A stretch of 30,054 nucleotides of DNA from Candidatus Schekmanbacteria bacterium (GTDB taxonomy: Bacteria > Schekmanbacteria > GWA2-38-11 > J061). The notes below the pieces were generated by a model that was not told the origin of the DNA, made no database searches, and saw only the letters and a program-made list of their open reading frames with translations. A program made the position numbers and the translations under genes. Location of the stretch: contig RFHX01000040.1 in assembly GCA_003695725.1 (NCBI GenBank), forward strand, positions 1 to 30,054, read 5' to 3'. Positions within the stretch are counted from its first letter, which is position 1. Each line of letters opens with the position of its first letter. Below, one piece after another: positions 25,266-30,054 of the stretch.

Positions 25266-27113
25266 ATGAAAAACCAAAGCAAAAAAATTCTGACATTTTT
25301 TTTAATTTTAACAATTTTTGCTTTTCTGCCAAATTTTAGCAAAGCAAAGGCAATAAAGAAAGCCTCCATTGTTCCTTCAAAGGCGAAAATACAAGCAAGC
25401 AAAAAAATAGATTTAAAATTTGTCGTTAAATCAAAAGGGAAGGTAAAGAAAGGAGCCCTTTGGTATGTCAACGGTCTTTTAGGTGGAAATGATGCAGTGG
25501 GAACGATAACCTCGAAAAAAGGCGGAAGAAAAGCTGTATATGAAGCTCCTGACCTTCCTCCGAATCCATCAACAGTAATTATAAGAGCTGAGAGCAAGGA
25601 AGATTCTTCAAAAACGGCTACTGCAAAGATTATCATCAAAGATAAGAAGATAAAGAAGAAGAGTGCAAAAATAAAGGGTGTTGCTGCAACAGGATTGCCG
25701 ATTGCAGGAGCGCCGGTTGAAGTAATAAACAGCATTGGGGAAATCGTAGGAAATGATACAACAGAAAACGATGGTTCTTATCTTGTCAAAATCAAGAAGA
25801 AAAAATATGAACCTCCCTTCCTTGTGAAAGTGACACCTGAAGGTGAAAAACCGTTATATAGTATTGCTTCAGGAGATTCAAAGATTGCAAATGTAACACC
25901 TTTAACTGACAAGGCAGTCGAAAGTTTTATTGTCAAGAATGGTGGCAGTGTAAGCGATGATGATTATTCGGATGATATCAAGAAGATAAAGGAAACTGTT
26001 GCTGATTTCGACGGAGAGTTTGAAAAAGCAAAGGATGCTTTAGAGAAAGCTTTGGGCATTGATACTCTCAACATTGATTTTGTAAAGTCAAAATTAGATC
26101 CTGAAGATCCTGAAAATGACTATGAAAAGATCTTGGAAACTATAAAAGATTCAATCGAAGCGTCAGGTAAGAATGACATTGATGACCTTATTAAGGTAGA
26201 TGATGATTTTATTGATGTAAATAATGATATAATTCTTCTCTATAAGGACAAAGGGATATTAAGCGATGATAAGATTCCTGAAGATTTTTCGGAAGACGAA
26301 CTTCCAAAGATAGAAGGAGTAATCACCAATCCTCTGACAGTTACAGATACTACTACTATCACGGGAACAGTAATTGTCACAAATACTATAACGGTGAATG
26401 ACATTGACATAATTGTCAGTGATACTGCGAAAATCGTGATCAAGGATGCCAATGGCAATAAAACAGATGGAAGCTTTTCAGATTTGTCTGCAGGCAAGTT
26501 TGTAGAAGTCAAATATTATATTGATGGGGACCTCTTCTATGCAACAGAAATAGAAGTTAAAAATAAGAAAAAGAGCGAGAATGAGGATGATTTGAATGGG
26601 CTGATTACACAAAAGAATGAAATTGCCAAATCAATAGTTGTAGATGGCAAAGCGATTTTCATAAACAATGACACTGAAATCAGGGTTAATGATAGTATAG
26701 CTAGCTTTTCAGATTTGGCTATCGGACAAAAAGTGGAAGTTGATGTCCTCTTGACAGATAACAAACTTGTTGCCACAAAAATTAAAGTCGAGAGCCAGGA
26801 AAGTGAAGACGAAAAAGATGCCGAAGAAGTAAAGGGGATTATTGACAAAATTATAAAATCAAACAACGAAATAGTTGTTGATGGAATTGTTATTGCAATA
26901 ACCCCTGATACGAAGATAGAAATTAATGACACATTGGGTTCATTTTCAGACCTCAGCGCAGGGCAATTCGTGAATATGAAAACAGTTTTTATCAATGGGA
27001 AACTTTCTGCCCTTAAAGTAGAAGTTAAAAATGAAGAAGAGGGAAACAACAATAATGGCGGAAATGACGGTAATGAGAATGATAATGGAGATGGTAATGA
27101 TAATAATCTATAG
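25266..27113 (+). CDS. Secreted/surface protein: signal peptide, Ig-like domain, carboxypeptidase-regulatory-like beta-sandwich, acidic helical region, three DUF5666-like repeats, Asn/Gly/Asp tail
   Basis: AGGAGGA SD; Sec signal MKNQSKKILTFFLILTIFAFLPNFSKA; WYVNGLLGGN..GTI..YEAP..P.PSTV; IKGVAATGLPIAGAPVEV..TTENDGSY; three repeats with SFSDL-x2-G-x2-V. Confidence 0.8.
   Translation: MKNQSKKILTFFLILTIFAFLPNFSKAKAIKKASIVPSKAKIQASKKIDLKFVVKSKGKVKKGALWYVNGLLGGNDAVGTITSKKGGRKAVYEAPDLPPNPSTVIIRAESKEDSSKTATAKIIIKDKKIKKKSAKIKGVAATGLPIAGAPVEVINSIGEIVGNDTTENDGSYLVKIKKKKYEPPFLVKVTPEGEKPLYSIASGDSKIANVTPLTDKAVESFIVKNGGSVSDDDYSDDIKKIKETVADFDGEFEKAKDALEKALGIDTLNIDFVKSKLDPEDPENDYEKILETIKDSIEASGKNDIDDLIKVDDDFIDVNNDIILLYKDKGILSDDKIPEDFSEDELPKIEGVITNPLTVTDTTTITGTVIVTNTITVNDIDIIVSDTAKIVIKDANGNKTDGSFSDLSAGKFVEVKYYIDGDLFYATEIEVKNKKKSENEDDLNGLITQKNEIAKSIVVDGKAIFINNDTEIRVNDSIASFSDLAIGQKVEVDVLLTDNKLVATKIKVESQESEDEKDAEEVKGIIDKIIKSNNEIVVDGIVIAITPDTKIEINDTLGSFSDLSAGQFVNMKTVFINGKLSALKVEVKNEEEGNNNNGGNDGNENDNGDGNDNNL
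26307..27029 (+). repeat. Three tandem intragenic DUF5666-like repeats (about 26307-26561, 26589-26792, 26826-27029)
   Basis: Each has G-x-I...I-x-V-x-G/D..I..T-x-I...SFSDL-x2-G-x2-V...A-x2-I/V-x-V; exact 15-nt match AGCTTTTCAGATTTG at 26472 and 26703. Confidence 0.85.
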
Positions 27114-27157
27114 ATAGCTATTTCAAAAAAACAAAGAAATTTGTTGAATAAATTACG

Positions 27158-27190
27158 AGGTGGCAGCTATTCAGTGGCTGCCACTTTTTT
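27158..27190 (+). terminator. Intrinsic terminator after the secreted protein gene
   Basis: GTGGCAGCTA-TTCAG-TGGCTGCCAC followed by TTTTTT. Confidence 0.85.
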
Positions 27191-27297
27191 ACCATTCATT
27201 GACAATTGTTTGTCCTTATGCTAACCATTTTTAATGAAAAAAATCGATTGAGCAATCAGTCGGAATTCAATTCAATGTTTAATTGGGAGGATAAAAA

Positions 27298-27789
27298 ATG
27301 AAACTGCCTTCACCCCCGCCAACTCCAGTTGAAGAAAGATGGAAAAGGTTATGTCAAGCATTAGCAGCAGAAAGGATAAATCTTTATTTTGATTTGAAAA
27401 AAATACTTGGCGATGAAAAGGGAGAAGAAGTTTTTAAGAAACTTTATGACGAAGGAATAAAAAGAATAAGAAAAAATTTCCCGGGAGGAAAATTACCAGT
27501 TGGGGAGTTGATGAGAAGAGAGTTGACAAGCTTTCCTATGTTGGGATTTGAATTGACTATTGATGAAGTTGAGGAAGATGGTGAAACAACATATTACGAG
27601 CATCTTACAAAATGCCCCTTTCTCGATATGGCACGCAAGATGAATACTCCTGAGATACCCTGCGATTTTTTATGCAACTATGATGTTGAGCTTGCAATAA
27701 AAGATAAGAGAGGAAGATGGGAAATAATATCACGAATGGGCGACGGCGCAGAGGAATGTGTTTTCAAAATCAGGGAATGGAAGGAATAA
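27298..27789 (+). CDS. Cys-rich ATC-hydrolase-like / V4R-related small protein, paralog 1
   Basis: GGGAGG SD; YEHLTKCPF...PCDFLCNYD...GRWE...MGDGAEECVFKI, resembling the L-2-amino-thiazoline-4-carboxylic acid hydrolase family by eye. Confidence 0.65.
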   Translation: MKLPSPPPTPVEERWKRLCQALAAERINLYFDLKKILGDEKGEEVFKKLYDEGIKRIRKNFPGGKLPVGELMRRELTSFPMLGFELTIDEVEEDGETTYYEHLTKCPFLDMARKMNTPEIPCDFLCNYDVELAIKDKRGRWEIISRMGDGAEECVFKIREWKE

Positions 27790-27833
27790 TTTGTTTGAAG
27801 CCAAAAACTTTTTATTAATCTGAGGGAAAGGAA

Positions 27834-28313
27834 ATGGAAAAGATAATTGGTAAAGATTTCCCATGGGAACAACAAAGAGAAATGCTCATTGAAAGATGTT
27901 CTTTGAAACTTCCGCTTCTTTATAAGAATCTTGTAGCTGCTTATGGTGAAGAAAAGGCAATGGAAGTTTATGACAGGGTCTATGAAGCAAATTTTAAGAG
28001 TCGATTGGGGAAACTTAAAGGTATGGATTTAGGAGATATAATGAGACTGGAGGTTCAGATGTTTCCCGCAATGGGATGGAAAATCTGGATTGAGGAGAAA
28101 GAAGAGGATGATGGTCCTGCGTGGTATGAACATTTAGAATATTGCCCTCATTGGGAAGCGACAAAAAAACATAAGCTTCCGGAGCCCTGTAACATTGTTT
28201 GCGATATGGATTGCAAATACGGAGAAAAATATAAAATAGGGAAATGGGAAAGACTGAAACATATGCCTTCAGGCGACAGTGAATGTTGTTTTAAGATAAA
28301 GAAAGCTGAATAG
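27834..28313 (+). CDS. Cys-rich ATC-hydrolase-like / V4R-related small protein, paralog 2
   Basis: YEHLEYCPHW...PCNIVCDMDC...GKWE...MPSGDSECCFKI; aligns end to end with paralog 1. Confidence 0.65.
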   Translation: MEKIIGKDFPWEQQREMLIERCSLKLPLLYKNLVAAYGEEKAMEVYDRVYEANFKSRLGKLKGMDLGDIMRLEVQMFPAMGWKIWIEEKEEDDGPAWYEHLEYCPHWEATKKHKLPEPCNIVCDMDCKYGEKYKIGKWERLKHMPSGDSECCFKIKKAE

Positions 28314-28319
28314 TTTAAG

Positions 28320-30053
28320 TCATATAATCTTTTTGAATTTGTAATCTTTTACCGATTCGTAAACTTTTGCGTCGATAAATAACCTGACCAAATAAAGGTC
28401 GAGCTTTTTATCCTTTGCCTCATTTAGAAGAATATCTAATGCCTTATCCACAACAACTGCTTTTTTGTAAGGCCTGTCAGCCGCAGTAAGAGCATCATAA
28501 ATGTCTGAGATTGTAATTAGTCGTGATTGAAAGGGTATTTGCCTGTAATTGATTCCTCGCGGATAACCGCCGCCGTCTAATTTTTCGTGATGGCTGTATG
28601 CTATATCTGGAATTCCTTTCAATTCCTTTGTCCACGGGATTTTACTCAAAAAATTGAAGGTATGAGTTACATGGGATTCAATCTCTTTTCTTTCTTCTTC
28701 AGTGAGCGAACCTTTCTTGATGCTCAAAAAATGGAATTCTCTTTCTGATAAGATTGTGGTTTCCTTACCATCTGCACCTACATATTTTTTGTTCACCAAT
28801 TTAGCCAGTTCTGCTGAATTTTCTTCTGGAAGTATTGTAGGTTCATCTGCTTGTTTTATGAGATTAAAATAATAGTCTAATTGTTCAATGTCTTTTTGCA
28901 TCTTATAATTGATTCTATTAATGAAATCCGATTCTGTTTTATTCGGATTTTTTTTGAAAAATTCCGCCTTTCTTTCTGCATAATCTTTTTCTATTGATTT
29001 TTTTATGTAGTCAAAACGTTGTTTGATGATTTCAATTTCGAGTGGATAGAGTTTTTTAGCCTTTACAAGAACATTTTCTCGTACTCCAACTTTGCCAAAG
29101 TCGTGTAAAAGCGTAGCATATCTAAGCTCTTTGATTTCGTCATCACTGAAGTAGATGTCTTTATATTTCCCCCTGTCCAAGTTGTTTATTATTTCTGCAA
29201 GACGGACCGTAAGAATAGCAACTCTTTCTGAATGACCCGAAGTCGTAGGGTCTCGTTGTTCAATGGCTGTAACGGAAGCTTTCACGAAGCCTTCAAAAAG
29301 GTTTTCAATATTTTTATATAGAACATTGTTTTCTATTGATATAGCTGCTTGGCTTGCAAGGGAGTTTACTACTTCCTGACATTCCTTTGAGAAGGGGATG
29401 ACTTCTCTTTTAATGATTTCGGGTCTCAACAATTTTTTTTTGAAATCTCTTTTTCGGTTAATGAGTTGCAGTACCCCTGTTATTTCATCTAAATGATTTT
29501 TCATCGGCACAACTATCATTGATTTTGTTCTATAACCCGTTTTTTCATCAAAACTTTTGTTGAAGGAATAGGGCGAATTGTGATGAATGGAATAAACATC
29601 TTTTATATTGAGCGCTTTGCCTGTGACAGCCACATATCCGGCAAGACTTTCCTTGTTGAGAGGCAATTTTTGGTCTAAAACACTTTCCAAGGAAAGTGTG
29701 TCATTTTGGGCAAGTTTAAAACGAAGAAAGCTTTTTCCATTTTTCTTTTCTACAAGGTATAGGCTTCCAGCATCGGCTGATGATATTTCTCTGCATTTTT
29801 TTAATATAAGCGTTAATAGTTTGTCATAATTTCTTTCAGAAGAAAGTGCAGCGCCAATCTTATTTACTGCTTTAAAGTTTTGTTCGAGTTCTCGATACTT
29901 CTTCTGAAGATGATGGTTTTTTTCTCTTAAAAGAATATTCGAAATAGCATTGTCTATAATCCTTTCTATAATTTCTTCTCGAAATGGCTCCGGCAAGATA
30001 TAATCAAAAGGCTGAATAAACGATGGTTCTGCCTTTTTTACCAATTTCTTTTC
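28320..30053 (-). CDS. GAF + HD-GYP cyclic-dinucleotide phosphodiesterase (5' end probably outside the window)
   Basis: GAF (ADAGSLYLV, SLAGYVAVTG, FDEKTGYRTKSM, GVLQLINRK); HD-GYP (GHSERV, LHDFGKVG, HHEKLDGGGYPRG, DIYDALTAADRPYKK). The frame stays open (GAA AAG AAA) upstream of the TTG at 30044. Confidence 0.92.
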   Translation of the reverse strand, partial: EKKLVKKAEPSFIQPFDYILPEPFREEIIERIIDNAISNILLREKNHHLQKKYRELEQNFKAVNKIGAALSSERNYDKLLTLILKKCREISSADAGSLYLVEKKNGKSFLRFKLAQNDTLSLESVLDQKLPLNKESLAGYVAVTGKALNIKDVYSIHHNSPYSFNKSFDEKTGYRTKSMIVVPMKNHLDEITGVLQLINRKRDFKKKLLRPEIIKREVIPFSKECQEVVNSLASQAAISIENNVLYKNIENLFEGFVKASVTAIEQRDPTTSGHSERVAILTVRLAEIINNLDRGKYKDIYFSDDEIKELRYATLLHDFGKVGVRENVLVKAKKLYPLEIEIIKQRFDYIKKSIEKDYAERKAEFFKKNPNKTESDFINRINYKMQKDIEQLDYYFNLIKQADEPTILPEENSAELAKLVNKKYVGADGKETTILSEREFHFLSIKKGSLTEEERKEIESHVTHTFNFLSKIPWTKELKGIPDIAYSHHEKLDGGGYPRGINYRQIPFQSRLITISDIYDALTAADRPYKKAVVVDKALDILLNEAKDKKLDLYLVRLFIDAKVYESVKDYKFKKII

Positions 30054-30054
30054 A

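Noticed and set aside
25067-25735. Minus-strand ORFs of 222 aa and 60 aa spanning the riboswitch
   Set aside because: The region is fully explained by the aptamer, terminator and plus-strand CDS; hydrophobicity comes from reading Lys codons in reverse.
26472-26950. Recurrent TTTTCAGA/AGCTTTTCAGATTTG at about 230-nt spacing as a possible CRISPR or DNA repeat array
   Set aside because: In-frame coding repeats (SFSDL); spacing and length do not fit CRISPR; no cas genes.
26240-27052. Minus-strand ORFs (90 and 171 aa) with repeated SEKLP/SENEP motifs
   Set aside because: Mirror image of the DUF5666-like repeats on the plus strand.
27199-27227. TTGACA and overlapping GACAA-N4-TTGTC upstream of the Cys-rich pair
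   Set aside because: No acceptable -10 at 16-18 nt spacing and the inverted repeat is only 5 bp; not supportable as a promoter or operator.
1-30054. tRNA, rRNA, IS/transposase, integrase, prophage or defence genes
   Set aside because: None recognised; intergenic gaps are short and accounted for, and no att-like flanking repeats were seen around the 22-30 kb accessory region.

Overview
AT-rich bacterial chromosomal window, densely coding, with no rRNA, tRNA, CRISPR array or mobile element recognised. Gene content and order (six-domain rpsA, ihfB, pdxJ, ftsH-folP-cdaA-cdaR, tyrA-aroA-cmk-rpsA-ihfB) suggest a diderm lineage near the former Deltaproteobacteria/Nitrospirota/Acidobacteriota; this placement is inference only. 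Bases 1-21.9 kb are mostly housekeeping: miaB, a FAH-family hydrolase, ftsK, ftsH-folP-cdaA-cdaR-pdxJ-asd, a CDP-alcohol phosphatidyltransferase, tyrA-aroA-cmk-rpsA-ihfB-der, and a heterodimeric ABC exporter. Bases 22-30 kb are an accessory region and hold the most interesting signals: (1) a membrane-anchored, enlarged ferrochelatase-fold protein; (2) a short class III-type hybrid cluster protein behind a CRP/FNR-type palindrome; (3) a c-di-GMP-I (GEMM) riboswitch with terminator/antiterminator, predicted OFF, ahead of a secreted Ig-like + 3x DUF5666-like protein; (4) two tandem Cys-rich ATC-hydrolase/V4R-like paralogs; (5) a convergent GAF/HD-GYP phosphodiesterase that runs off the window. 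Together they may form an undescribed nitrosative/redox stress and c-di-GMP surface-remodelling module (hypothesis). All family assignments are from motif recognition by eye; no database search was run.
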